Below, piece after piece: positions 28,295 through 40,320 of a stretch of DNA of 64,000 bases. Source of the stretch: Takakia lepidozioides. Lineage: Eukaryota > Plantae > Bryophyta. Position numbers and translations under genes: made by a program. The first letter of the stretch is position 1. Every line of letters begins with the position of its first letter. The notes beneath the pieces are model-generated. The model searched no databases, was not told the origin of the DNA, and worked only from the letters and a program-made list of their open reading frames with translations. Location: NCBI GenBank assembly GCA_030704615.1, contig CM060732.1, forward strand, positions 54,436,001 through 54,500,000, in the 5' to 3' direction.

Positions 28295-31200
28295 TTGGCG
28301 GTGCTAAAAATGAGAGTGAGTGGGAAGGACTCTCCGACAATCCTTTTATCCCAAGCTGTGCTCCACCAGTACATTTGTTTGTAAGTTCTGCAAGGTGGCC
28401 CCCTCCTGTATTGCACATTGCCCTGCTCGCATTGTCGTGCACCTCACTTCGGTAAGATCCCTTCAAGTCATAGTTACTCGCTTTGATACGCGCGCCTAAC
28501 TCCCAACCTGGCCGCCGGGCCAACTCGGAGCTTCGGCTGCTCACCGGGACATAACGGTCCCGCTTTACTCCCCCAACAGACCCTCCACCAATTTGGGCCT
28601 AGTGGAAATTCCCTTTGGTAGATGGTAGTCCGGAATAGCTCCCCACTTTTTGGTCGTTTTCCGACTCGCTCGCTTACTGACTAGTTTATGGTCACCAACG
28701 GGCTTGCACCGTTCTCGGGGTTACTACTCCCTATATATACTTCTGTGACTGTCCACGGGGGTTTCACAAACAACCATGCCATTTTATGGCGAACCACCAC
28801 GAAGACCCTCGATTCCCGGTGATGAGTTGCGGTGAGTTTTGGCCCACCCACCACGGCCCCATTGGACCGTGGCGAGTCCCAAGACTCCCCACGACTCCCA
28901 CCACAAGGTGTCCGCCCCATGGTGAGTCCTATGCCACCCCCACTAAGTCCCACTAAGCTACCATCACCCCTTGTGGAGCTACCCCCACCGCAACCCGGTG
29001 TGCGGGGCTCCATCTAGTGAGCGCCTCCGCCTCCTTGAGTGCCTTGGGCACTCAAGGGTGCTTCAGCCCCCCCGTACCTATTGCTGCCACCGCCCCCACC
29101 ACAGGGGCAGCCTGCGTCCCGACCCCCTGCCCTCAAGGCAAAGGGCCGCGACACGCATGTACTACGTTACTCACTGTTGCAAAACCATGACTCGAGCCTA
29201 CATTCATTTTGGGACTCACGACCATCATGTGTCTCACAGCAATTGCAGAGATAGTGTGGAGTTGGCGCGTGGGCTCGAGGAGTTTGCAAAGTCTCCTTCA
29301 ACCGAACCATCTGCCATAGCGCTGGCTGCCAGCAAAAGTTTCCTGGAGAGGCATATTCTGGGGCAAGGAAGCAAATCCAGCTCAAGACTTGAGGGGGCGT
29401 CTTTGGATGCAGTGATGGATCACTTCTCCGTGTTGAGCTCCCCCAATATTGGGAATCAGGTGAATGCATTGAGAGTGCGCGGTGGAAACACAGGGTCCAT
29501 CGACAGCATTATGGAGCTCAAACGAATAAGTCAATATGACTTTATCCAATCTAGCGTCTTCCCGGATCAGGGGTCTTCAAAGGTTTACTTGTTCAAGATG
29601 TCTACGGTGGGCGAGGGCAGTGGCGTCAGCCTGGCCAGACGTATGCAACCAGGGGGGGATCTGGAGAAAGCCTGGATGATGTTCGATCATTGCAAACGAG
29701 TGAAGGGCTAGACAACCATGTCTTGCCATGTTTACGACCCGAACTACCAAAGAATAATGACAATTGCCATCTGTGACATGCAGTCTGAAGATACAGAGTC
29801 CCAGATGATAATGTGGAATTGTTTGCTTTCAGTCATGGAGTCCAATGGACATACATGCATAAATTTCAACGGGTTTATGGCGGATAGTGCACATGCTAAC
29901 TTCAACGCTGTGCGCCAAGTTTTTGGATCTGGTGATCCAAAGGTACCCATGCCTAATAGGGAGCGCACATGTCTATTCCACTGGACTCAGTCCCTGCAGA
30001 AACATACGAAGAGGTGCATCGGAAGAGATCTGAAGGCGGAGCACATGAGGCTCTGCTTCTGCATGTACAAGAATGCGACTACAATGGAAGAGGCTGAGAC
30101 CAGGTACCAGACAGTGAGAGCATGGTGGTTCTCGTCAGGGGCTACTGATCATGACGGTGTCAAAGAATTGGAAGACTGGTTGGTCTTCTGGCACTTCAGA
30201 TACCGGCAATGGGGGCCTTTCATGACTACTGTAAGCTGTTTTTCACCTCTGAAATCCCTTGTATGTGCCCAGTTTCTTTCCTTGTTCCCAGAATGATCCG
30301 CGCTTGCATGAATGACGCTCTTTCATTTTCCTTTCACAGGACATGTCCCTTGAGGACATTGTGGACATGCCGTCCTACAACCTGGCAGAAAGCGTTCACG
30401 CGGTCTGGAAGCAGCAATCTGGCAAAGCAGGAAGAGATCTGTACATTGCTACAACAGATGATCTGGTACGAGCTCTAACCCAACAAACAAGATATCGTGA
30501 CTTCCTCAGGGGGCGATGTGGGGGCAAGGGACCAAATACAGCAGAGTTGATGCTAAGGGTTGCAAGAAGGTCCGGGGATCCAACGAAGATGGCAAAGGCA
30601 GTGAACAGGTGCACAATAGGCTTGCCTCTCCAATCAAGGGAGCCCCATCTGGAAGGAGAGGAAATGTTTGGGACTTGCAAACGCAAGCTAAATACACCTC
30701 CAGGATCAGATGGGGATTCACATCGCCATGACAGAGACAACTTCTCTGTACCCAAGATTTCTCCACTACAAAGTATGGCATCCAGTAGGAAAGAGGCTGC
30801 TGGTGCATCCTCTTCCACAAAGACTTGTCCTTTATTTGCAACCCCTTTAATTGCGGGTTTCCAGCAGGACCACAGGGGGGCAGTGCAGGAGTCACCTTGT
30901 GCTGACTCCGAATGGCACATCGAGCGAACTACTCCAGGGTTTAGAGTTGGCTGCGCTGCAGTGAGGGCCATTAGTTATGAAAAGTGTAAGTCCAGGATAG
31001 TCAGAGGCTCAGCGGGTACTCCAGCTCCGACGGTCACATGTTTGATTCGGCCATATATGTCGAAGGAGTCGAAGACGCACAAATTCTGGTTCTACCCGGA
31101 CGATATGGCTCGCTGTGTGAATGGTACCATCCGCGACTCCTGTATTGCTAAGCCTCCCCCACCCACCATTTGGCCAGTGCGGGTGGGAACCTCCCTAACA

Positions 31201-31365
31201 GCACTAGAGATTGGCAAGTTGGAGGACGCCGGCTTTCGTCTGCACCGATCTGTGGCGTCGACTCTTGGTGGCCTTGTTGCTATGGTGCCTCCGTTCATGC
31301 AAGAATCCCTAAGTAAGATTCATGATGACTCACCCAACCTTTTTTTTTCACCTCTTCTTCAATAA
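28295..31365 (+). pseudogene. Mutator-superfamily (MULE) DDE transposase, 5'-truncated, solo-LTR-interrupted, stop at 29709, intron ~30231-30339
   Basis: Cys/His N-domain (VCKFCKVAPSCIAHCPARMYY..HFGTHDH), MFDH (D1), FMADSA (D2), CLFH (CxxH), NLAESVH (E). Confidence 0.8.
28433..29153. mobile_element. Solo LTR (721 bp) inserted in the MULE transposase
   Basis: Ends TGTCG...CGACA; 5-bp TSD CGCAT (28428-28432, 29154-29158); removal restores CPAR-MYYV. Confidence 0.85.
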
Positions 31366-32424
31366 GAAAACCTGAGTAAGTTTCACAATGACCATTCCAT
31401 TCTCTCTATACCTCTTTTTTTAAGCGCTATAACTGCTTCCACGACAATAGGACCCTCTCTAAACATAGGACTCGGGTATGGGGCATGCTTCTTCCTCCAC
31501 TAAACCCGTGGGTTCATGCTTAGAGGGCAAAGCGTGAGCCGAGCTCCTGCGCTCACACGGCTAGGCTCACGCCGTGGCTGCACTCGCATGAGAAGAGCCC
31601 TGCAAATTGAAAGACAAGCCAGTCAAAGGAGACCTGCAGGGGTTAGCGGCAGCATCACAGTTACCCGCGCACCCCACATCACTTCTTCTCCTCACAGGTG
31701 CTTGATGAGGAGGCAAATTCTCCTTCCCCACAGGTCTTACCCCTTCTCCCGTGCTAAATCCCTCATCTGGCCAGACATCCTCTCTCACAGCCTCACTCTA
31801 AGCCTTGTGAGCCACCTTCCTCCCTTTTCTCTTTCCACCCCAAATCAAACTAACATGTCTTCTAAACAAAAAGCGAAAATTGACAGGACGAGGATGCTTC
31901 GGCCACCGCTGCGCACGGGGAGGCGGAGACAAGCTGCACAAGTACTCCTCACACATCACACCCAAAATATCTCTCAATTGCCCCTCAGTACAGTGTTGTT
32001 CATTCAACGCCCGTTGAGTGAGCACATCAACCGCGGTCTTATACCACAACGGATGTATTGGTGGCTCCAAGGCATCACACCTTGCGCTTCACATCCAGAA
32101 GAACATGCCCAAACCCTATCAAACCCCCCTAAGTACGAGGAATGGAAATGAAGACACATAGACACAGCGAAAATGAAGACGACGGCCAAGGCATGATTGA
32201 GAAGTAGCACCCTAAACGAATGCGTTGAAGGTCATTGAACAGAGACGGCGGACATATGCGCTACATTTTTCATTCAGCCCGTGACCTCATCGAACTTCAT
32301 CTGACGAAGCTGCGGATGGATGAAAAAATGCCTCGTTGTTAATGGGGGTTAAGATTTGGAAAATGTGCTGGGAGAGCAACCTTAAAATTAAGTAAATGAT
32401 GTTGGATTTTTTTAAGTGTTGAGC

Positions 32425-34010
32425 GGGTATATTGATTACCCTGATATACGCGACGAGTATATCAGGGTATATATATATATATGTACCGTGGTGTGTATAT
32501 CCTTATATTAGGGTATGTTTCTATGATATAAGGTAGAAACACCCAAATATGAGCGTGACCTTGAATAGACCCCTATTTTTGTGTATAAAAGTGACTTCAT
32601 AGGTCCTTGAATGGATGGATAGAATCAAGTGATTTATTTAAGGTCTACCAATGGCCAGAGTTACCTACAGATAGGGTGGTTTTACAACTAAACGTATACA
32701 CATCCATGTCCTTATTTGATTTATAATTGCACGGTTTTGAACAAATCAAATATATTACTGTAATCATGATTTGCACTTAATTAATCACCTTAAGAGCAGG
32801 CATAGGGCAGATTTGGAGCGGATTTTGTTTCAAAATACCACGACGGCTGCTTCATTTAATGAGCAAGGCTGCGCAATTCGAATTCCTTCTAGCAACCATT
32901 TGAAATCACACAACAAGTATAACAAGGTGCCGAGCCTACTCACTTTCGACCATCTGCAGTCACCAAATGTAAAGAGCTCGAGGGGGCTCACTTTCTAAGT
33001 TAGCTACCAGCTGCAGTCACCTTGTGTAAGTAAAAAGGGCCCGGCTCATTGTCTAACTTATGTTACTAAGTTAATATCTGTAGTCAACAAGTAAGGAGGG
33101 GCCGACTGCTCACTGTGTACCATCTGCACTCACCAAGTGATAACACGGGGGACCACTCTCACTTTTCTACAAATCTCCTCAGCTATGCATGTGTGCTACA
33201 AAAGTCCAGTGTACAGTATTTTTACGTTTGAGAGTTGTTTGCTATAGTCTTTCACGTTGTAAATGAGCACATAAGCTAGGGACATTGGAAACTGGTACCT
33301 GCAAGCATGATTTCACATAAATAAACACCTTGAAAAGTTGAAAGTAACATTACACATGTCTCCAATATAGCTTGCAACTTGGACCCACGTTAGAAGAGAG
33401 AATGGACGGGATGGGGAATGAATTGCTTTGTGTTCCAACAAGGATAAGAATACAATTACGGGGGCTTAATATTTCATCCCATGTTTGATGACTTTTGGGA
33501 ACCATCATGGACAGACTTCGTATTGTAGGTGTTCAGTTTTGAGGCCATTGCTGCTTCGAGTTTGCATGCCTACGATACCATTGTAGATGTCAGGCCAGGC
33601 CATTGGCAGGTCTAAAGGTGGTTATTAATTGCTTACACATGGCATGTTTTCAGATGCACAAGTTGTGCATATGAGACATGAGCAGGTTTTAGATTAGATA
33701 TAATTTGGGTGAGCATTAGGTGGGTCTACTGCACAGACATAGGAAGTTATTTACCACCACTTTGATAATTCATATCAATTGACCACTTGCCTCTAAAATT
33801 TTGGAATTTACATGAGGTCCTGTTCGTTGAATTGCTAATCCAACCATATTATTTCCTCTTCGCTGCACCCAGCCCTATGGGTCATATTGCTTAAGTGCAC
33901 ACATTTGGGTGTTTCTACCTTACCCTTATCTTTAATATATATTTACCCTGCATCAAGAAGTCCAATATACCCTACTTTTTTGAAGGGTATATCGAATCAG
34001 GGTATATAAG
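32425..34010. mobile_element. Non-coding element bounded by degenerate inverted repeats, with an internal ~55-bp tandem repeat (32925-33170)
   Basis: aaggtagaaacacccaaat (~32530) is inverted at ~33903; GGGTATAT/ATATACCC motifs at both ends; CTGCAGTCACC-like unit x4. Confidence 0.45.
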
Positions 34011-34224
34011 GTAACATAGCCACGGCCGTAGCATTCGATGGCGGTACCATTCGAGGTGACATTTAGCGTGGAGGTACTTTTAGGGAATCTCACCCTTGAC
34101 CCATCTAGCAAAATCTAGTAGTTTTTTTTTTGTATGTAGAATAAGGGAGGGATGTTTTTGGGACATCATACTAGTGCCCTATGACCTTTATGTGCTAAGC
34201 TTAGGTCTTTTCTTTTTTTGTTGT

Positions 34225-34932
34225 TGTCGTGCGCATACATATCGCTACACAACTACATCGCTGTCCAAAACCACACAACACATGTGCACACCACACACTA
34301 GTATACCACTAGTCTACCACTAGTCCAGCCACTAGTCCAACCACTAGGCTACAACTAGTCAGTCACTAGGCTGCCACTACGCTGCCCACTATGGCAATCA
34401 CTAGTCCACACAATGATAAAGAAGAAGAATACAAGCACGAGCTCATGTGAGCTCACAAAGCTGAAGCATAAACTCATGCATATATAACCTCATCACTCAA
34501 ATACAAGTCAAGCCAAGTGCACCCCACGCCATGGGGAATCCACACTACGGCGCCATAGCTAGGCGCGGTGAGGCTCAACTCGAGAAAGATGAGCCTCCTG
34601 CGCTTGCCGTGAAGATAACCACTCCAGGGCCTAAATCTGCCTTGACCCCTGGATTGACACTTGGACCAATCCCAAATGTCAATATGTAAAAGCTAGCTAT
34701 TTCCTAGCTAGTTTCACACTAGTGGTAAAATAACTTGACAGCTGTCGTGCGCATACATATCGCTACACAACTACATCGCTGTCCAAAACCACACAACACA
34801 TGTGCACACCACACACTAGTATACCACTAGTCTACCACTAGTCCAGCCACTAGTCCAACCACTAGGCTACAACTAGTCAGTCACTAGGCTGCCACTACGC
34901 TGCCCACTATGGCAATCACTAGTCCACACAAT
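34225..34932 (-). repeat. 3' terminal repeat block: A (34225-34413), B (34414-34740), GC, A (34743-34931)
   Basis: The two A copies look identical by eye; B matches 46137-46463 with one visible substitution; PPT AGGGGGGCGAT (minus strand) at 34931-34941. Confidence 0.92.
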
Positions 34933-35190
34933 CGCCCCCCTAGCTGGTGCTTAGGTCCCTCTAAGTCCAGGTAGCCACAAGATGTGATAGTGACCATAGC
35001 CTCACTAAGTCCTCCACCACTATCCCTACTACACTCAAACTCGATAGATCAAGAGGCCGGGTGCAAGAGTTGCCCCATCGTTAGTCGCCGTCTTGCAACC
35101 TGTGAACTTGAGCTTGGGATCTCATGTATTGACTCCTATGAGCTTGGCCTCCCATGTCTTGTTAGCTGCCTCCAGTCATGTCCACTGCCA

Positions 35191-38166
35191 CTATCCCAAG
35201 TAGTGTGGACACAACCAATCTCCGTCAGGAACCTTCTCAAGAGGTGGTGTCAAGCATCCCATATGCCAACCCCTTGAGCATCGATCACACACCAGCATGG
35301 TGGCTGCCCCTTTGGCAGACCCACAGAGCATGCACCTCAAACCTGCAGGTACCACTGCCAAGTTTGGGTCAACTCTGCCATCGACATTGGGAAGGTGACA
35401 TGACGCACAATTACGCACATGGTCCTTCCAAGTCATGTCATCCCGACCCTCCAAGATCAGGACCCCTGAGGGCAACACCTCTCGAACCCTCAGAATAACA
35501 CGCCCTGCAGTAACATCCAGAGTCGTAGGAGCAGTCTGCTGCAAATAAACATAGTCACCAGGGCTAAACCTCCGAACCCCAGGACGATATCCTCCACCAC
35601 GTATAGTGGCATACCTCAACGTATCACGGTGCTGTGCAATGGCAAGGTTCTCAAAAGCCATGGGCATGACTTTCTTGAACAACTCTGCACGCTGATCACA
35701 TGCACGTACGCACACGTCCGGATCGTCAAGGTTAAGGACTTGAGCAGTGTCCCTACGAATGGCTGCAGGCAAATCCGGCTCTCGGCCAAAGAGAAGGAAA
35801 TATGGTGAGAAGGAGGCAAGTGATGCTTGTTTGCTGAACCTGTAGCCCATGGCTAACCAAGGAACCTGAAGATCCCAATCTCCTAGGTGTCCCTTCTGCA
35901 AGCCATACTTGCGCAAACCCCTCTTCACCGTCTGAACAACTCTCTCTGCTAAGCCATCGGCCTCAGGATGATCCCGAGAAGTGGTGCGGTGGTCTATCAA
36001 GGCTTTATCACACAAAGCCTGAAATTCCCCCAAGAACTCTCTCCCTTGGTCCGTGAGTACCTCAGCTGGAGCACCAAATCGGCTAAGCACACGATCCAAG
36101 AATGCATACGCAGCCCCCTCACTAGCCTTGTCAGGCAATGGAACCAACTCAATCCACTTGGAGAAGTGCTCCACCATCACCAACACATATCTGTGGTGGC
36201 GCATAGTCAGTGGCAACGGTCCTGCGAAGTCAAGACTCCACCTGTAGCCCAATCCCATGATAGGTAAAGGATGCAACTGTGGTGTAGGGGCGTTGAATGA
36301 AGCACGCACCCTGTCACACACCATGCACCTAGCCACAAACTGTTGCACCTCTGTATGCATACCACGCCACCAATACTGCCCCTGCAGTAAACTGTGAGTG
36401 CGTCGCACTCCAAAATGCCCCAACTCCTCATGGGCATGCCGCACTAACCGTGCACGCTGTGTGGGGTGAGGCACAATCCTCACCCGACCACCCTCCCACA
36501 CTCGAAGTAGGTGTATCCCCTCCCACTTGAACCTCTTGGCTCGTTGCAGGATCCGATCCCTCTCCCTGGCAGTCACAATGGCTGCCGTGTCTCCCGTGCG
36601 GAGGTAGTCCAACACAGCCGAATCCTCATGTATATCTCTGGCACCACCTAGCTCATCACTAGCCTCAGGGTCCTCAGACACTCCGTCTACAGTCATCCCT
36701 GTTGTAGGTCCAATCTGACCTCCCGATGCCAAGATACACAAAAATGCAGATGCGTGCCATCCCGGCACCATCTCCTCGTCCGTCTCACCATGCCACCGAG
36801 CTCCAGTGTCATCCTGCTGGCTCATGCATGGATTGCGACTCAATCCATCCGCATCCCAATTGACCAAACCCGGTCGATGCACAACCTGAAAGTCATACTC
36901 CTGGAGTATAAGTGCCCACCGTGCAAGCTTCCCTGTAAGCTTGTCTGACTCCATCAACCACTTGAGTGGCTGGTGATCCGTGACAAGGGTGAAAAGATTG
37001 CCGTATAGATAGCACCTGAAGTGTGCCACGGCCCACACTGCAGCTAAGCACTCTCCCTCATATGAGCTGTACTTAGCCTCTGCAGCGTTGTTCGAGCGGC
37101 TAGCGTAAGCCACTACGAACTCTCTTCCCTCATCATCCACCTGTGTGAGCACCGCTCCAAGCCCCATCATGCTCCAATCCGTATGCAGCTGAAAGGGACG
37201 CCCCCTGATAGGTCGTCTCAAGATAGGCGCCGAGGTCAACCTCGCCTTGAGCTCTTGAAAAGCTCGTTCCTGCTCATCTTCCCACTGCCACTCCTGGTCC
37301 ACCTTGGTCAGCTTGGTTAGAGCCTTTGCAATGGTACTAAATCCCTTGACAAACCGTCTATAATAGTTTGCCAACCCCATGAACGCTCGAACTCGGCTCA
37401 CATCCGTGGGGCGTGGAATTTGTGCAATGGCCTCTACCTTAGTCTGCTGTACCCCCAATCCTCCAGGATATATCATGTGACCCAGATACTCAATCTGGTT
37501 GTGGAAAAACTTGCACTTCCCCGGATGCAACTTCAATCCGTGCGCTCTCAAACGCTCCAATACCACCTGAAGGTGTCTCTCATGCTCCTCCATCGTAACA
37601 CTAAAGATGATGATGTCATCTATGTAGCACCGAGCAAAGTCCACCCCTGCTAGAATCCTATCCATGACTCTCTGAAACTCTGCAGGAGCATTCTTAAGCC
37701 CAAATGGTAAGAACCGCCACTGATATAGGCAATCCTTGCCGTGCTCATTGATCCCCCAGAATGCCGTCTTCTGCTTGTCCGCCTCCTTGATTGGCAACTG
37801 GTGATATCCGGATCGTAAATCCAAAGTGCTAAAGGCCTTAGCATGCCCGATGGCATCAAAGATCTCCTCTGGTGTTGGCATGGCATACTTATCGGACTTG
37901 GTCTGACGATTTACAGGCCGGTAATCACCGCACATACGTCTCTCCGTCCAATTGCCATAGACATCCTTCTTGGCTGGCATCACTGTGGCTGAAGCATACT
38001 CTCCACCAGAGAGCTCCACCAAACCTGCCTCCCAGAGATCTTGAGTCCTCATCTGAATCAAAGACCTCTCCATGTCACTGTATCTATAGGGTCTCCGAAA
38101 GATTGGCGTGTCAGTGGCCAACTCAATACGGATCTCTTGACCCTTCAGTGCTCCCGAGTCCTTCAA
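35191..38166 (-). CDS. Pol: reverse transcriptase, RNase H, integrase (H2C2 + DDE), C-terminal PHD finger
   Basis: LDLRSGYHQL, LPFGLKNAP, YIDD, LHTDWS, HEELGH..CMVC, SLDFAG / LTDQG / LAERVV, CMLC..CDRC..WHMGC..WLCPH. Confidence 0.96.
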   Translation of the reverse strand: MKDSGALKGQEIRIELATDTPIFRRPYRYSDMERSLIQMRTQDLWEAGLVELSGGEYASATVMPAKKDVYGNWTERRMCGDYRPVNRQTKSDKYAMPTPEEIFDAIGHAKAFSTLDLRSGYHQLPIKEADKQKTAFWGINEHGKDCLYQWRFLPFGLKNAPAEFQRVMDRILAGVDFARCYIDDIIIFSVTMEEHERHLQVVLERLRAHGLKLHPGKCKFFHNQIEYLGHMIYPGGLGVQQTKVEAIAQIPRPTDVSRVRAFMGLANYYRRFVKGFSTIAKALTKLTKVDQEWQWEDEQERAFQELKARLTSAPILRRPIRGRPFQLHTDWSMMGLGAVLTQVDDEGREFVVAYASRSNNAAEAKYSSYEGECLAAVWAVAHFRCYLYGNLFTLVTDHQPLKWLMESDKLTGKLARWALILQEYDFQVVHRPGLVNWDADGLSRNPCMSQQDDTGARWHGETDEEMVPGWHASAFLCILASGGQIGPTTGMTVDGVSEDPEASDELGGARDIHEDSAVLDYLRTGDTAAIVTARERDRILQRAKRFKWEGIHLLRVWEGGRVRIVPHPTQRARLVRHAHEELGHFGVRRTHSLLQGQYWWRGMHTEVQQFVARCMVCDRVRASFNAPTPQLHPLPIMGLGYRWSLDFAGPLPLTMRHHRYVLVMVEHFSKWIELVPLPDKASEGAAYAFLDRVLSRFGAPAEVLTDQGREFLGEFQALCDKALIDHRTTSRDHPEADGLAERVVQTVKRGLRKYGLQKGHLGDWDLQVPWLAMGYRFSKQASLASFSPYFLLFGREPDLPAAIRRDTAQVLNLDDPDVCVRACDQRAELFKKVMPMAFENLAIAQHRDTLRYATIRGGGYRPGVRRFSPGDYVYLQQTAPTTLDVTAGRVILRVREVLPSGVLILEGRDDMTWKDHVRNCASCHLPNVDGRVDPNLAVVPAGLRCMLCGSAKGAATMLVCDRCSRGWHMGCLTPPLEKVPDGDWLCPHYLG

Positions 38167-38624
38167 ACTGAAGGCAAAGCAATTCCTGTAAGCCCTCAGG
38201 AACCGCCGTATACGTCGTCTCTCTCCTCCGGTGACAATGGGTCCAATGTCAGGCTCCCAATTGTCCTCCGTAACTACAACCTTAAGTCCAGTGGGCTTAG
38301 AGGTAGAGGACGCGTCCCGTGGTTGCTATGCTGCAACCTCTTGAGCAGTACTCCCTACTTGCTCAGTCAATGACAAGGCATCATCCTGCCCCATCATCTC
38401 ATCCTTGAGGACCTCCTCAACTCGAGAAGAATCCCCAACCTCATCCATCACAGCCGCCTTGGCTGCCAACTCCCTCTGAACCTCGAGCACCTCCCACGTG
38501 TGCCATGGATGCATGCACCCCGTGGTCCTCATATGCTCGCCCCCACTCACTGCCTGTACCGTCTCGGTAGGCAGAGAGACCATTGAGGGAAGTGTATTCC
38601 GCACTCTGCGTTGCTCAGCTAGAG

Positions 38625-39575
38625 CCAAGCTGATAATCCAGGTCAAGCAATTGAGATCCATTGCTTGCCCCAACACTTGACGACGTGATGCCTCAGAAAG
38701 AGACGACACCGCCGTGGTACCAGTGGTAAAACCCATTGCCCGCTCACGCTCGTCAGCATTAGGCTCCACTAACTGCTGCAACTGAGCATCCCACAGAAGG
38801 CCAGGTCCACTATCCCGGAAAGCATGCGATCCTGGGAAGCTGAGCAGTGTAGGTAATGCTGCTCGTGGTTGACCCACCTTGTTGACCACTGCCAAAGGCG
38901 AACGGTCATCGTGTCTCACACGTTGAGACTGCCTCCCTGTGTCCAGAATGTTATCCACTGTGAGATGTGCTGGCCGCTGCACCCCATCAAATGCACGCTT
39001 GAGCAGTGCGGTGGCATCATGTTAGTCCACCATAGCCGTGGACGATGAGCCCGTGACCCCACTGTAGCTGCATCCAGCAACACTGCTGACCCAAGCCACG
39101 ACCGGACTTGATGCACACTGGCCATCACCCTGGCCCGAGAATTGCCCATCAGTGGCACATTCTCCAAGATGTATGCTGGAGATACAGCTTGATGAAGCTG
39201 CAAGTGGCGCAAAACCCGCACCATCTCCCAAAACAGACCCGACCTCGAGTCTCGCAATCCATTGCCATGCCCGGCTGATGAATGCCCTTGGCAGGGCCAA
39301 CCTGCCACTACCAGATCAATGGAGCCAACCCGCTCCAAATCCTGCGCCCCCAGCAACGAAATGTCTGCTGGCAAGGCCTGCTGATATCCACGAATTGCAG
39401 ACACCGACAACAACTCAGGGTACCGCTGCACCAACTGAGCAACATGGCGAAGTGAAACGCGTCGTGCAGTCTCATCCCTCTCCACATACAGGTAACGCCG
39501 AACTCGTACACCTGCCTGTAACACAGCAGCCAATCCGGTGCTGATCCCGCCAAACAAGTCCAGAAGACAAATGCC
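38625..39575 (-). CDS. DNMT3-like C5-cytosine DNA methyltransferase domain within the polyprotein (1-nt frameshift ~39010)
   Basis: Motif I LDLFGGIST, IV AGWPCQ, VI ILENV, VIII AHRPRLWWTN, IX ERERAMGF, X LGQAMD. Confidence 0.9.
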
Positions 39576-40019
39576 TTCATCCGGAGACTGCCACACAATA
39601 GGTGTGGTGTCCAATGGAGACAATTGAGGTGGTCCTGGTGCAATCTCCACACTCTCCTCCTCTCCTGACGGTACAAAAGCCTCCACCCAGGCTTGTTGCA
39701 CCCGTCGATCAGCATCCCGCTGCAAATCCTTGCTCGTGCCCCACAATGGAGTCTGAGCAACCATGGTAGGCAACTCCGCCATACCATACATGTCATCCTG
39801 CTCTCCCGAAGGTGGTACATCCTCTGAATGAGCATTGCCCTCAAGCAACTCTCTAGGCCAACTCACTGCCGCTGTGAATGCTGCTAGTGTCGGCATCTTG
39901 CCTCGCTGGGCAACCGCAACTCCTCCTATGAACGTCACAGGGAGCTGCGCACGCCGGCCCTCCCCTGACTGCCATGCAGGCCTATAGGAAGCTGACTCCT
40001 CCCAAAAATCCAGGGTGAA

Positions 40020-40320
40020 GCCCATGGGGTACAACACTGCCCCACCAACCAGGACATCGTATGAGACTGCGTCTGTCACAATGGCCTTGGCTCGCATCAC
40101 TGAGCCATCTGTAGGGTGATCCGGCCGTAGTCTGATAGCCAACTCATGCCGTGTCATGCCCCGAGCCTGCTCCGATCCTCCGAGAGACGTCTGTATCTGG
40201 AAAGGACAAGGCTCCATATCCGCCTCCGTGAGGCCCAAGCCTGCAATAGCAGCTCTGCCCAGCATCAGTGGCTGAGCTCCCGAGTCCAACAAGACTCGCA
40301 GTGGCCGGTACCTCTTGCCT
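40020..40320 (-). CDS. Retropepsin aspartic protease domain
   Basis: VLLDSGAQ active-site motif and YDVLVGG. Confidence 0.8.

Noticed and set aside
30396-30971. 191-aa minus-strand ORF and other antisense ORFs over the TE genes
   Set aside because: Shadow frames of the transposase and pol coding sequences.
25096-32352. piggyBac termini TTAACCC (25096) and GGGTTAA (32346)
   Set aside because: The sequences inside do not form matching TIRs and do not enclose the transposase.
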